From contig JBJFDL010000002.1 of assembly GCA_051889995.1 (NCBI GenBank), positions 239,927-303,926 on the forward strand: a stretch of 64,000 nucleotides of DNA. Reading direction: 5' to 3'. Of this stretch, positions 10,647 through 21,504 are shown one piece after another. The notes beneath the pieces are model-generated. The model worked only from the letters and a program-made list of their open reading frames with translations, did not search any database and was not told where the DNA came from. The translations under genes were made by a program, and so were the position numbers. How positions within the stretch are numbered: the first letter of the stretch is position 1; every line of letters starts with the position of its first letter. This DNA is from Christensenellales bacterium. Lineage in GTDB: Bacteria > Bacillota > Clostridia > Christensenellales > UBA1242.

Positions 10647-10730
10647 TCTATAAAAATGAAAATTGATAATTTTAAAACTTTATTTAAAACAATTAGTTTA
10701 ACTTGAGAAGTGGTCGTTCTAATAATCGAA

Positions 10731-10849
10731 AGTCATACGAAACATTTAGGAAATAAGGGTTTCGTATTTCTTTTTACAAGACTGTTTTGTAATCGTTATT
10801 CCTAAAACAGAAATCATCTCGTCTAATTTGCTTACATCAAAAAAGAGAT
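10731..10849 (+). repeat. diverged direct repeat, copy 2 (partner 4862-4993)
   Basis: See copy 1. Includes the hairpin ATACGAAAC...GTTTCGTAT + T tract. Confidence 0.8.
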
Positions 10850-10938
10850 AAATGCCTAAAATTTTAAAGCTAGCAAAATAAACAAAAAATTATTCCACTT
10901 TTTTAGTAAATTTTCTTTTTACAACAGTTTCGAAATTT

Positions 10939-11526
10939 CTATACTAGAGAACGTTTTACGAACATATCTTCATTTAATAGTATATCAAAGAATTGCATCA
11001 TTTCTTCTTTTGTATAAGGATTTGAAGACTCTAACCAATCAATACCTATAATTGTTATTCCACCTGTAAAGAAATTTACAATTATATCTATTGGAAGTAA
11101 ATATTCTTGTTTATATTTATTTCTACTAATTAAATATCTAATGCTTCTTTTTATTGTAGTTGATACTAAAGACGACATTTTTTCTGAACTATTTTTATAG
11201 ATTAAAACAAATTTTTGCCTATTTTTTGTTATAAAGTCAATAACACACTCAACAAGTGCCATAAACATTTCTTTTTGAGAGGAAAATGTTTCTTTTTCAA
11301 TACTTCTTTCAAATAATTCTTCTTGCAAATCATCAAGAGCATAGTTTAATAAATCATTTTTATCGTTAAAATGATTGTAGAATGTTGCTCTATGAACCAT
11401 TGCCTTTTCACAAATATCATTGACAGACAATTTTTCAAAAGATTTAGTTTGCATTAAATCCATTAAAGACATACACAATAGTTTTCTCGTTCTTTTAATT
11501 CTTAAATCTTCTTTTTCTTGTTCCAT
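10939..11526 (-). CDS. TetR/AcrR family transcriptional regulator
   Basis: DLRIKRTRK...SVNDICEKAMVHRATFYNHF; divergent from the ABC operon. Confidence 0.93.
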   Translation of the reverse strand: MEQEKEDLRIKRTRKLLCMSLMDLMQTKSFEKLSVNDICEKAMVHRATFYNHFNDKNDLLNYALDDLQEELFERSIEKETFSSQKEMFMALVECVIDFITKNRQKFVLIYKNSSEKMSSLVSTTIKRSIRYLISRNKYKQEYLLPIDIIVNFFTGGITIIGIDWLESSNPYTKEEMMQFFDILLNEDMFVKRSLV

Positions 11527-11629
11527 AAAACCACCTTTTTTAGACATTTATAAATCAAATGTCGTATATTTAACAAATAGCAATTTTTGTAAAATTGGAA
11601 TTGTTGCTTCTTTTATAAATATATCATAA

Positions 11630-11668
11630 AATTAGACAGATGTCAAAAAAATACACATCTGTCCAATT
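11630..11668. promoter_or_regulatory. putative TetR operator
   Basis: Inverted repeat GACAGATGT...ACATCTGTC (AATTAGACAGATGTCAAAAAAATACACATCTGTCCAATT). Confidence 0.6.
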
Positions 11669-11688
11669 TTTTAATTAAAGGAGGAACT

Positions 11689-12609
11689 ATGGAAGAGATA
11701 ATAGTTGACAATTTAACAAAAGACTATGGGTTTGGCCGTGGTGTTTTTAATGTTTCCTTTAAAATTAACAAAGGTGAGGTTTATGGATTTCTAGGTCCAA
11801 ATGGAGCTGGAAAATCCACGACAATTAGACATTTAATGGGTTTTAGTAAGCCCGATAAAGGTAAAACACAAATATTAGGTCGAGATAGTTTTGAAAATTA
11901 CTATTATTTTATGGAAAAAGTTGGCTATTTGCCAGGCGAAATTGCACTCCCTGCAGGACTTACTGGTTATGAATTTATCGATATGATGAAAAATCTCAAA
12001 AGAGTTAAAGATGACACTTGGCTTAATCATTTAATCAAACTATTTGAACTAGACCCGTCTGGCGATACAAAGAGAATGAGTTTAGGCGTAAAAAGAAAAC
12101 TTGCTGTTGTTACTGCTTTTATGAACGACCCCGATATTTTAGTTCTTGATGAGCCAACAAGTGGATTGGATTTAAAAATGCAACAAACATTCATTGAATT
12201 TATCAAAAATGAAAAGAAGCGAGGAAAAACAATCTTGCTTTCAAGTCATATTTTTAGTGAAGTTGATGCCACTTGCGATAGAATTGCGATTATCAAAGAC
12301 GGAAAAATTGTGTCTGAATTTATTACAGGAGATTTAAAGCATAAACAAGATAAAATTTATAGAGTTGAATTTTGTGCAAAAGAAGAAAAATTAAATTTTA
12401 TAAAAGAAAGCAAATTAAACGACAAATTTTCAATTCAAGATGGAAAAAACTCACAACTACTAATTTTTGTTAATGACAAAAATATAAATTATTTGCTCGG
12501 CATTCTTTCAAAATATCAAATTATATCTCTTGAACACTTAAAAGAAACACTAGAAGATTACTTTATGAAATACTACAAAGAAGATAAGGATTTTGGAGGT
12601 GCACTATAA
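11689..12609 (+). CDS. ABC-2 type transporter ATP-binding protein
   Basis: Walker A GPNGAGKST, signature-like MSLGVK, Walker B LVLDEPT. Confidence 0.93.
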   Translation: MEEIIVDNLTKDYGFGRGVFNVSFKINKGEVYGFLGPNGAGKSTTIRHLMGFSKPDKGKTQILGRDSFENYYYFMEKVGYLPGEIALPAGLTGYEFIDMMKNLKRVKDDTWLNHLIKLFELDPSGDTKRMSLGVKRKLAVVTAFMNDPDILVLDEPTSGLDLKMQQTFIEFIKNEKKRGKTILLSSHIFSEVDATCDRIAIIKDGKIVSEFITGDLKHKQDKIYRVEFCAKEEKLNFIKESKLNDKFSIQDGKNSQLLIFVNDKNINYLLGILSKYQIISLEHLKETLEDYFMKYYKEDKDFGGAL

Positions 12610-13514
12610 TGGAAGATATTATTGTTATTCAAAATCTTACAAAAGACTATGGCGATGGCAAAGGGATTTTTGATTTAAATTTTACTATAAAAAAAGGTGA
12701 AGTTTTAGGATTTGTAGGCGCAAATGGCGCAGGAAAAACAACTACAATTAGACATATTATGGGATTTTTAAAGCCCGACACAGGCAAAGTTACGATAAAT
12801 GGTCTTGACGCATACTTCAATAGTGAAAAAACAAAAAAATATATTGGTTATATTCCGGGAGAAATTGCATTTCCAGATTTAAAAACAGGAACAGAGTTTT
12901 TAAAATCACAAGCAGAATTTTTGAATTTGACAAACATGGATTATGCAAATCATTTAATAGATGCTTTACAACTAGACCCTACTGCCAATCTAAAAAGAAT
13001 GAGTAAAGGCATGAAACAAAAAACAGCCGTTGTTGCTGCTTTTATGAATAATCCAGACATATTATTGTTAGATGAGCCAACCACAGGTCTTGACCCACTA
13101 ATGCGACTTGCTTTTTTAGATGTAATTGAAGAAGAAAAAAAGAAAGGTAAAACAATTTTAATTAGTTCACATCTTTACGAGGAACTTGAAAAAGTTTGCG
13201 ACAGAGTGGCACTTATAGACAATGGGTGTATCGTTAATATAACCGATATGAACGATATAAAAAATAGACAAATTGTTGATTTTAAAATTGAGTTTAACAA
13301 GAAAAGTGATTTTGAAGATTTTAAAAAATTAACTTATAACATTATAAGAATTCAAGAAAAATACAATCAAGTTACTGTAAGTATCGAAAAAACAAAAATT
13401 CAAGAACTATTAAAAGATTTAACAATGTTTGATATCAAATTTATAGCTGAAGTCAAATATACACTTGAAAAACATTTTACAAACTTAATAAAGGAGAATA
13501 AAAATGATAAGTAA
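12609..13514 (+). CDS. ABC-2 type transporter ATP-binding protein (tandem paralog)
   Basis: GANGAGKTT, MSKGMKQK, LLLDEPT. Confidence 0.93.
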   Translation: MEDIIVIQNLTKDYGDGKGIFDLNFTIKKGEVLGFVGANGAGKTTTIRHIMGFLKPDTGKVTINGLDAYFNSEKTKKYIGYIPGEIAFPDLKTGTEFLKSQAEFLNLTNMDYANHLIDALQLDPTANLKRMSKGMKQKTAVVAAFMNNPDILLLDEPTTGLDPLMRLAFLDVIEEEKKKGKTILISSHLYEELEKVCDRVALIDNGCIVNITDMNDIKNRQIVDFKIEFNKKSDFEDFKKLTYNIIRIQEKYNQVTVSIEKTKIQELLKDLTMFDIKFIAEVKYTLEKHFTNLIKENKNDK

Positions 13515-15099
13515 ACCATTATTTAAACAATCTTGCAAAGCAAATGCTACTATTTGGAGTTTTGTAACGGCAATTACGTGTGCTATGCTTGCTATAATTA
13601 TTCTTGTGCTTGGAAATCTTAATGTAAGTAGTATCAGAAATTCTATGGTTGATATGTTTATTGAAGACTCAATAGAAAGCACAATAGAAAAGCAGTCAAT
13701 GACATATTTTAATATGACCGAAAATGCTCTTATGAATTATGATGATAAAACGGATCAATTAAATTATTTACTTAACGAGCAAATGACAAATGAACAAAAA
13801 ACAGCCCTTGCAGGAACTTACGATACTCTTAAATCACAAGGAATGTCACATGAAGAAGCCAGCATTACTATTTTATCTAGTCTAACTGATGAACAGACAA
13901 AAGCTGTTACGAAAACATTTTTAGATTATTATTCAAAACAAGGTGCAGATTATTCGGAGCCTAAAATTAGCGAATTTATATTATTTGAAATTCAAGATTC
14001 TGTCTATAAAGAAATTATTGAAAATGAAGGACAAGAAACTGCTGACAATGCTAAACAATTTATTTCACAGGCTATAAGTGATTATACAGTTCAAAAACAA
14101 CAAACAAACATAGAAGCTACTAAATTTGCAAGCACATATATTCCAGCTATTTTAAAAGATATTTTTATTGAACAATCATTTGATTATCAAGACAAAACCC
14201 TTTCTATTAGCGATTACTTTACTGCTGATGAAATTGCAGAAAAATCTTCATCTGCCATTACACTATTCTGTGCTCAAAGCGAAATTAAAAGAGCACAACT
14301 AGAAGAACAATATCAAGGTCAAGAAAATAGTTCAATATTGATAGCACAAGAACTTGCAGAATTTAGATTAAATTATATAGAACAAACTTCGGGTGGGCTT
14401 TTGGAAGAATTGCCAGAAAAAGTATCTAGCGCATTAAGGGAACTTGGAGAATTAAATATTTATAGTTTAGTTATTGGTGAAATTTTCTATCGAATTGCTG
14501 GACTTTTACTTCCAATAATATTTGTTATTATGTGTTCAAATAACCTTATTGCTTCACAAGTAGATAGTGGTTCTATGGCTTATATTTTATCTACTCCAAC
14601 CAAAAGAAAAACTGTAACTTTAACTCAAATTGTTTATTTAGTTTCTTCAATTTTTGTTATGTGCTGTTTAACGGCCCTAACTAGCGTTGTTTGTTTGGCA
14701 TTAGTTAAATCAACAGAAATAACATTAACATATTCCCAAATTTTACTATTTAATCTTGGTTCATTCATAACCTTATTTGCCATTTCTGGAATTTGCTTTT
14801 TATCTTCTTGTTGGTTTAATAGAAGCAAACAAGCAATGTCTGTTGGTGGAGGACTTTCAATGTTCTTTTTAGTGGCAACTATACTTGGATTATTTGGTTC
14901 AAAGGTAATGCCATCAGCAATAAGAATTGAAGCTATGAACTACTTTAATTATGTATCTATCATTACTTTATTTGATACTATGTCAATTATAGATGGTACA
15001 TATACATTCATTTGGAAATTAGCAATCTTGTTAGTTATTGGCATTATAACTTATGCGATAGGAGTAGTCAAATTTAATAAAAAAGATTTACCACTTTAA
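13504..15099 (+). CDS. ABC-2 type permease with a large extracytoplasmic domain
   Basis: One N-terminal TM, a long soluble region, then about five C-terminal TMs; IASQVDSGSMAYILSTP motif. Confidence 0.88.
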   Translation: MISKPLFKQSCKANATIWSFVTAITCAMLAIIILVLGNLNVSSIRNSMVDMFIEDSIESTIEKQSMTYFNMTENALMNYDDKTDQLNYLLNEQMTNEQKTALAGTYDTLKSQGMSHEEASITILSSLTDEQTKAVTKTFLDYYSKQGADYSEPKISEFILFEIQDSVYKEIIENEGQETADNAKQFISQAISDYTVQKQQTNIEATKFASTYIPAILKDIFIEQSFDYQDKTLSISDYFTADEIAEKSSSAITLFCAQSEIKRAQLEEQYQGQENSSILIAQELAEFRLNYIEQTSGGLLEELPEKVSSALRELGELNIYSLVIGEIFYRIAGLLLPIIFVIMCSNNLIASQVDSGSMAYILSTPTKRKTVTLTQIVYLVSSIFVMCCLTALTSVVCLALVKSTEITLTYSQILLFNLGSFITLFAISGICFLSSCWFNRSKQAMSVGGGLSMFFLVATILGLFGSKVMPSAIRIEAMNYFNYVSIITLFDTMSIIDGTYTFIWKLAILLVIGIITYAIGVVKFNKKDLPL

Positions 15100-15136
15100 A
15101 TATTAAAAAGTTAAAAAATAATTTAATATCTAAATA

Positions 15137-15164
15137 AGACCAGGTTTTTAACCTGGTCCTTTTT
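15137..15164. terminator. intrinsic terminator between convergent operons
   Basis: GACCAGGTT-TTT-AACCTGGTC followed by CTTTTT. Confidence 0.75.
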
Positions 15165-15211
15165 GTGTATTATAACAATTCCAAAGTCTATATTTTCTTC
15201 TTTTTGTTGAT

Positions 15212-17311
15212 TTATACAATTTGTGCAAACTGACTGTTATATAATTCAGCATAAAAGCCGTTTTGTGCAAGCAATTCCTTATGACTACCTTGTTCGATTA
15301 TGTCGCCGTCTTTTAAAACAAGAATTACATCTGCATTTTTAATAGTTGACAATCTGTGAGCAATAACAAATGATGTTCTACCCTTTGTAAGATTATCCAT
15401 TGCTTTTTGAATAACCATTTCAGTTCTCGTATCTACACTCGAAGTCGCCTCGTCTAAAATTAGTAATGGACTATCTTTTATCATTGCTCTAGCAATTGTT
15501 AATTGTTGCTTTTGTCCTTCCGAAAGTCCCAAACTGCTATCCAATTTAGTATCGTATCCATATTTTAAAGTTTTAATAAAGTGTTTAAGTCCAACAGCAC
15601 TGCAAACTTCATCTAATTTTTCTTGCGAAACATCTTTGTTGTTATAAACTAAATTTTCTTTTATTGTTCCATCAAACAACCATGTATCTTGTAAAATCAT
15701 ATCAAACAAATCGTGAATATTTTCTCTAGTCATAGATTTAATTGGTATATTATCTATAAATATATCACCAAAATATGCTATTCCCAAAACACAATTTTGT
15801 GGATTATCCGTTTCATTTCCTGTTAACACATCAATTTTATAATCCGTTTCTTCATCATTGATTATGATTACAAAATCTTGATTAAATTTTAATTCTTTAC
15901 CTTTAGGCAAATTATCTATATTTGATAAAACATAATTTGTTTTTTCATTATTAATGTAAAGTTCATTATCATTATTTATTATAAGTTTTATTGATTTTCC
16001 ATTATCAAAAATTTTATAATCTGTGATTTCTCCATTAACAACTAGTCTTGGTTGTCTTAATTCATAAAATCTCATAAGTAAATTAACAATTGTTGTTTTA
16101 CCTGCACCAGTTGGCCCAACAATTGCAACTTTCTGACCAGCCTTTAAATTTGCAGTAAAGTTCTTAATGATAGTTTTATCTTTATCATAAGCAAATCTAA
16201 CATTTCTAAATTCAACATTACCAACAACTTCTTTTCCTTCTAGTTTCGCCTTTTTTGTGCTTTCATTAATAAGTTCCTCTTGGTCTAACAATTCAAACAC
16301 TCTTTTAGATGCAGCAGCAGTTTGTTGAAGAGAACTCATTGATTGAGCAATGGTTGTTAAAGGTTGTGAGAATAACCTTGCGTAAATTGTGAAGGATATT
16401 ATAGTTCCAAATGAAATTGCTGAACTTCCATTTAATATTAATGCAACACCAACAATAAAAATTGACGCATAAGAGAAATTTCCCGCAAAGGCCATTAAAG
16501 GTTGCATTAACCCCGTTAAAGCTTGAGATTTCCAGTTATTTATAAATAATTTTTTATTTATAACATTAAAAATACCTTTTGTTTTTTCTTCAGCAGTGTA
16601 TGACTTTACAACATTGTGGTTAGAATAAACTTCTTCAATGTGTCCGTTCATTTCACCTAAATTTTGTTGTCTTCTGTTGAAGTATTTTTGAGATTTAGAT
16701 AAAATTAAAAACATTAGCAAAAAGCCAATAATTGAAGTAGTGATTGTAACTAGTGCCAAAATCCAATTTACGGAAAACATCATAATTAAAACGCCAACGA
16801 ACAACGTGATTGCATTGACTAAATTAGAAATTACAGAACTAAAAGTTTGTGAAATTGTATCCACATCGTTTGTTACCCTACTTAAAATGTCTCCACGTGT
16901 TGTTGTATCAAAGTATTTTAATGGTAATTTGTTTATTTTTTTATCAATATCATTTCTTAATCTGTTGGCAGTTTTTTGAGTAACACCTGCCATTAAAAAT
17001 TGTTGAATATAATTTGCAACTGCACCAAATGCATATAAAGAAAGCAAAAGTATGGCGATTTGTAAAAATTTATTCATATCAATGCCACTAATAGAAGTTA
17101 TGCCACTAGTGATAATATTCATCAAATCACTAATTTTATCAGGTCCTATTATTGTTGCAACTGCAGAAAAAACTGCTAATATGAGAGCAATTATTATAGA
17201 AGGATAATAGGGTTTACAAAACAACAACAGCTTTTTAACAGATTTCATATCTGTTTTTTCGCCTTTTACTGAGTTAACCATAGCTCTAGGTCCCGGTCCA
17301 AACATACCCAT
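15212..17311 (-). CDS. heterodimeric ABC exporter subunit (TMD+NBD) with a ~96 aa insertion in the NBD
   Basis: AAGGAGG RBS. GPTGAGKTT, LSEGQKQ, ILDEATSSVD, IAHRLSTI. Confidence 0.92.
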   Translation of the reverse strand: MGMFGPGPRAMVNSVKGEKTDMKSVKKLLLFCKPYYPSIIIALILAVFSAVATIIGPDKISDLMNIITSGITSISGIDMNKFLQIAILLLSLYAFGAVANYIQQFLMAGVTQKTANRLRNDIDKKINKLPLKYFDTTTRGDILSRVTNDVDTISQTFSSVISNLVNAITLFVGVLIMMFSVNWILALVTITTSIIGFLLMFLILSKSQKYFNRRQQNLGEMNGHIEEVYSNHNVVKSYTAEEKTKGIFNVINKKLFINNWKSQALTGLMQPLMAFAGNFSYASIFIVGVALILNGSSAISFGTIISFTIYARLFSQPLTTIAQSMSSLQQTAAASKRVFELLDQEELINESTKKAKLEGKEVVGNVEFRNVRFAYDKDKTIIKNFTANLKAGQKVAIVGPTGAGKTTIVNLLMRFYELRQPRLVVNGEITDYKIFDNGKSIKLIINNDNELYINNEKTNYVLSNIDNLPKGKELKFNQDFVIIINDEETDYKIDVLTGNETDNPQNCVLGIAYFGDIFIDNIPIKSMTRENIHDLFDMILQDTWLFDGTIKENLVYNNKDVSQEKLDEVCSAVGLKHFIKTLKYGYDTKLDSSLGLSEGQKQQLTIARAMIKDSPLLILDEATSSVDTRTEMVIQKAMDNLTKGRTSFVIAHRLSTIKNADVILVLKDGDIIEQGSHKELLAQNGFYAELYNSQFAQIV

Positions 17312-17312
17312 A

Positions 17313-19076
17313 TTATAATTCCTCCTTTGATAATTGTGATAATGCAATATCTTTATAGATTTTACAGTTTTTTAATAATTCTAAATGAGTTCCTTCGCCA
17401 ACTATTTCCCCATCATCTAAAACTATAATTTTGTCTGCATCTTTAATAGATCCAATTCTCTGTGCAACTATAATAACAGTTTTATCGCTTAAATTCTTTT
17501 TAATTGATTTTCTTATTAGCATATCAGTTTTGTAATCTAGAGCTGAAAAAGTATCATCAAAAATCATAATATCAGCATCTTTATATAAAGCTCTAGCAAT
17601 TGAAAGTCTTTGTTTTTGTCCACCAGAAAAATTTGTTCCTCCTTGAGCAACTTCACTGTCTAGTCCTTTATCTAAATCAAAAATAAAATTCGATTGCGAA
17701 ATTTCTATTACTTCATTAATTTTATCATAATCAATAACATCACTGCCGTATGTTATATTTTCTTTAACTGAACCTTTAAACAACACCGCCTTTTGTGAAG
17801 CAATAGAAATTGTATCTCTCAATTCCTTTTCGTTATACTCTTTAACATTTTTACCATTAACAAGAACTTCCCCATTTGTTGCATCATAAAATCTTGGTAT
17901 TAAATTAATAAGAGTTGTTTTAGCGCTTCCGGTCGCACCAATAATTGCCAGGGTTTGCCCCTTCTCAACTTTAAAGGAAATATTTTTTAAAGCCATTTCA
18001 TCTTCACGACTATCAGAATAAGCAAATGACACATTTCTAAATTCAACTTCACCCCTTTTTTCGTCGTCAATTTTAGAGTTTCCACTTTTTATTGATGGGG
18101 CAGTTTTTAAAACTTCTGCTATTCTGTTTCCAGATACCACAGTTCTTGGAAGAATTATGAAAATCATAATTAACATCATAAATGCCATAATAACTTGCAA
18201 GGCATATTGTGTGAATGCTGTCATATTACCAATAACTGCAATTCTTTCTTCGATTGCTACCAAGCCAGTTAGTGCTATGTCGTTAATTAATAACGCGCCT
18301 ATCCAATAAATAGCAAGAGTTAAACCATTCATAACTAATGTCATTATTGGTGACATAAAGCCCATTGCTCTAGAAGTGAATAAATTATTTTTTGTAATAT
18401 CATTGTTAACTTTTTCAAATTTTTGTTCTTGATAATTTTCTGCATTAAAAGCTCTAACTACTCTAACGCCAGAAACATTTTCTCTAACAACATTATTTAA
18501 ATCATCAGTAAGTTTTTGTATTTTTTTAAATCTAGGAAAACAAACACTAATTAAAATTGAAACACAAATAACAATAATAACCACGCTAATTAAAACTGCT
18601 GTTGTCCATTTTATATTTGTCGTCGAAATTTTGCAAATTGCCCAAACTGCCATTATAGGTGCTTTAAAAAGCAATTGAACGCCCATGGCCATAAAGTTTT
18701 GAACTTGCATAACATCATTAGTTGTTCTTGTAATTAAACTTGGAACAGAAAATTTTTTCATTTCAGCATCAGAAAAATTTGTAATTTGATTAAATAATTT
18801 TTCTCTTAATGTCATTGAAAATGAACTTGCCACATTAGAAATTAATATAGAACAAATAACAGCAGCAAGTAAACTTCCAGCTGCACATGCGAGCATTAAC
18901 CCACCGTTTTTCCAAACTTCACTAATAGTTGCACTTTCACTTTGAACAAGCGTGGTTAATTGTGCTGTATAATCTGGCATTTTTAATTCTAACCAAACTT
19001 GAACAACAATAAGTCCAACACTAATTAATATTAAAAATATATCTTTAACTTTTAAATTTTTAAATAAACTAAACAT
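17313..19076 (-). CDS. heterodimeric ABC exporter subunit (degenerate site)
   Basis: GATGSAKTT, FSGGQKQR, IFDDTFSALD, VAQR. Confidence 0.92.
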   Translation of the reverse strand: MFSLFKNLKVKDIFLILISVGLIVVQVWLELKMPDYTAQLTTLVQSESATISEVWKNGGLMLACAAGSLLAAVICSILISNVASSFSMTLREKLFNQITNFSDAEMKKFSVPSLITRTTNDVMQVQNFMAMGVQLLFKAPIMAVWAICKISTTNIKWTTAVLISVVIIVICVSILISVCFPRFKKIQKLTDDLNNVVRENVSGVRVVRAFNAENYQEQKFEKVNNDITKNNLFTSRAMGFMSPIMTLVMNGLTLAIYWIGALLINDIALTGLVAIEERIAVIGNMTAFTQYALQVIMAFMMLIMIFIILPRTVVSGNRIAEVLKTAPSIKSGNSKIDDEKRGEVEFRNVSFAYSDSREDEMALKNISFKVEKGQTLAIIGATGSAKTTLINLIPRFYDATNGEVLVNGKNVKEYNEKELRDTISIASQKAVLFKGSVKENITYGSDVIDYDKINEVIEISQSNFIFDLDKGLDSEVAQGGTNFSGGQKQRLSIARALYKDADIMIFDDTFSALDYKTDMLIRKSIKKNLSDKTVIIVAQRIGSIKDADKIIVLDDGEIVGEGTHLELLKNCKIYKDIALSQLSKEEL

Positions 19077-19141
19077 CTTTTCCCCTTTTTGTCTATTATA
19101 TAACATTGCTTAAAAATATGAAGTAATATTATTTTTTATTA

Positions 19142-19561
19142 TTATTCTTCTAAAATATTTTTTATTTTTGAAGAAATTTCTATAAATTTATTTACTTCAT
19201 CAAGACCAATTTCTTCAATAATTTTCATAATATTTTTTAAAATTTTTTCTTGATGTGAATTGATTTCTTCTATACCCTTTGCTGTTAGGCTTAAAACTTC
19301 TATTCTACCATCTGTCTTCGATAAAGTTTTTTCAATATAACCTTTGATTAATAATTTTTGAATTAAAACTGCAACTCTAGCCCTTGATATACACATTTTT
19401 TCTGCAATAGAAGAAGCATAAACACCAGCTTTATTCTCACTTAAATATATTAACACAAATCTCATACCTGCTTCAGTGTCATCTAATTTATTAAAAAATT
19501 TATTTGGTCGATTATTCTTAATTTTTTCCAATATTTCCATTGCTTGATTTTTTGTAATCAT
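19142..19561 (-). CDS. MarR family regulator
   Basis: ASSIAEKMCISRARVAVLIQKL...DGRIEVLSLTAKG. Confidence 0.88.
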   Translation of the reverse strand: MITKNQAMEILEKIKNNRPNKFFNKLDDTEAGMRFVLIYLSENKAGVYASSIAEKMCISRARVAVLIQKLLIKGYIEKTLSKTDGRIEVLSLTAKGIEEINSHQEKILKNIMKIIEEIGLDEVNKFIEISSKIKNILEE

Positions 19562-19859
19562 AATATACCTCAAAAATTTTATCATATATAAAATACATAC
19601 TTTTTCCCACTTTGTCAACTAGGTTAACAAATTTTTTAAAAGATTTTGTCGAAATCTAAAAATCTGCCTAATTATTTTATTAAATAATCCAAAATTTTAT
19701 GATAACTTCACATTATTTATGAAATAATGATATCATCTTGTAAAATCACAATGAAGTTTAAATAATAAGCGACGCTATTAAAAAATTTTACAACGATTGA
19801 TATATGAACTTTAAGTTTTTTAATTCACTGGGGCACCACTCTTATCAAAAAATATAAAA

Positions 19860-19975
19860 AATTACCTATACAACCCATAGATACATAAAAAAGCACAAAA
19901 AAAGACCCACCTTTGATTCTTCAAAAGTCGGTCTTAAACTGTCCTATTAGGTATAAATAGGTAAAGAGAATTAAA
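19860..19975 (+). mobile_element. degenerate left-end sequence of a tRNA-Thr-type element
   Basis: AAAAAAAGACC...GGTCT hairpin plus TAGGTATAAATAGGTAAA, matching the left ends at ~45764-45810 and ~58364-58458. Confidence 0.5.
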
Positions 19976-19986
19976 ATATTTTAGCC

Positions 19987-21002
19987 CTACATATAATCAG
20001 CATTAATTACATTTTGCCAAATATCTTTTAATAACACCCCATTTATATTTGCCTTATTTTTGAAATCTTCTCTTGTGGTATATTCTTGTTGTATTGATTA
20101 TGAACACAAAACAATGTTTCTGTTGGCTCTCAAAAAAACTTCATATTCTACATTGTTATAGCTAAAAATCATTTCGCTATACATAAAAAGACCATCTAAG
20201 AAATCATCAAGATTCGGTTCAAGTTTTTTGCCTTGTTTGTATAAAATTTTTGCCTTATTTAATGATATTAAATTAGGATAAATTACTCTGCTTCGCTGTT
20301 TTGTGCTCATTTTATCAATAAGCCAGCCACAATTTTCACATTCGCCGTGTCCATATTTATCTTTAAATGTATTTGTTTCACAAACCGGACATTTTGTTTT
20401 AAATTTTCTTCTATGTGGACTATCTTTTCCACAAGTTGGGCATTGTCCATTATGTTCATCAATCGTTATTCGAGTTCCACAATCGCAAACATAAGAAATC
20501 ATTGAAAATTCCTTTTGAGGCATGGTGCAAAAATTATCAATAATATTATTGACTTGTTCTAATGTTGCAATTCTAATTTTAATATAAACAAAATTTTCTT
20601 TAGGACTAATCGCATAATTTTTAATTTCCTCCAAATTATTTAAATCAACAATTTCTTTGCAATAATGCTCTCCATAAATTTCAAATCTAAAAGGTTTGAG
20701 TGCTTCAAAATCAAACGTTTCAAACTCTTCTTTTTTTAGAGTAAATTTACAAATCCAATATAGCTAGAATCAACTGCAATATCCATTCCAATTTTAGTTT
20801 GTATTCCGACGAGTTTGCAGATTACAGTAGGAATGGGATATTGAATAAGTTCCGGTTTATTGTCTATTTTTATATGATGTTCGTTTATAAAAGATAGAAC
20901 ATGTTCTATACAATACTTGCGAAGGGTCCATTGCACCTGCTTTATATGTTCTATAGCGGGTTTATATAAATTATTAAATTCTGCAATTTTATTTTTCATC
21001 AT
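19987..21002 (-). pseudogene. DUF3201-like + CPCC cysteine-rich fusion, disrupted
   Basis: ORFs 20736-21011 and 20098-20634 join via a frameshift near 20745. After an in-frame TAA at 20098-20100 the frame continues ...KANINGVLLKDIWQNV, homologous to 21036-21485. Confidence 0.65.
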
Positions 21003-21035
21003 TGGCTCCAAATAATTGGTTGTTTATTAATTTTT

Positions 21036-21485
21036 TTACATAAAACTAGGGTTTTCGACCTCATTCCAGATATCTTTTACGAGTTTTCCATTAATTTGTG
21101 CTTTTTGTCCAAATTCTTCTATATCTCTGTATATTTCATATTTATCTGTATTTATTCCCCAAAACTCTACACCAACATTTTCTACGCCCATTAAGCCATA
21201 TGTTATACCTTGATAAGTAAATTCCATTTCACCATAAAAATTATATCCAGCAATAAAGTCGTTAAAGTCTGGCATTAATGGTTTGCCTTCTTTATATAAC
21301 TCCCTTGCCTTATTCAGAGAGACTAAGTTTGGACACATTACTCTATCGGGAAATTCTTCATGTAATTTGCTATGATCCCAACCACAATTCAAGCATTTAT
21401 CACCGTTGCCAACAGAATCTACAAAAATCAAATTGCCACAAACTTGACACATAGATTTTATATTATTTTCATTTCTTTTATACAT
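21036..21485 (-). CDS. CPCC-type cysteine-rich protein, putative immunity protein
   Basis: CQVCG...CLNCGW...PNLVSLNKAR; C-terminal INGKLVKDIWNEV; directly downstream of a toxin-like ORF. Confidence 0.7.
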   Translation of the reverse strand: MYKRNENNIKSMCQVCGNLIFVDSVGNGDKCLNCGWDHSKLHEEFPDRVMCPNLVSLNKARELYKEGKPLMPDFNDFIAGYNFYGEMEFTYQGITYGLMGVENVGVEFWGINTDKYEIYRDIEEFGQKAQINGKLVKDIWNEVENPSFM

Positions 21486-21504
21486 AATTTCAACCTCCTA
21501 AGTC

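Noticed and set aside
15770-16057. Intein in the ABC transporter
   Set aside because: No N-terminal Cys/Ser and no C-terminal His-Asn followed by Cys/Ser/Thr; also short for a Hint domain.
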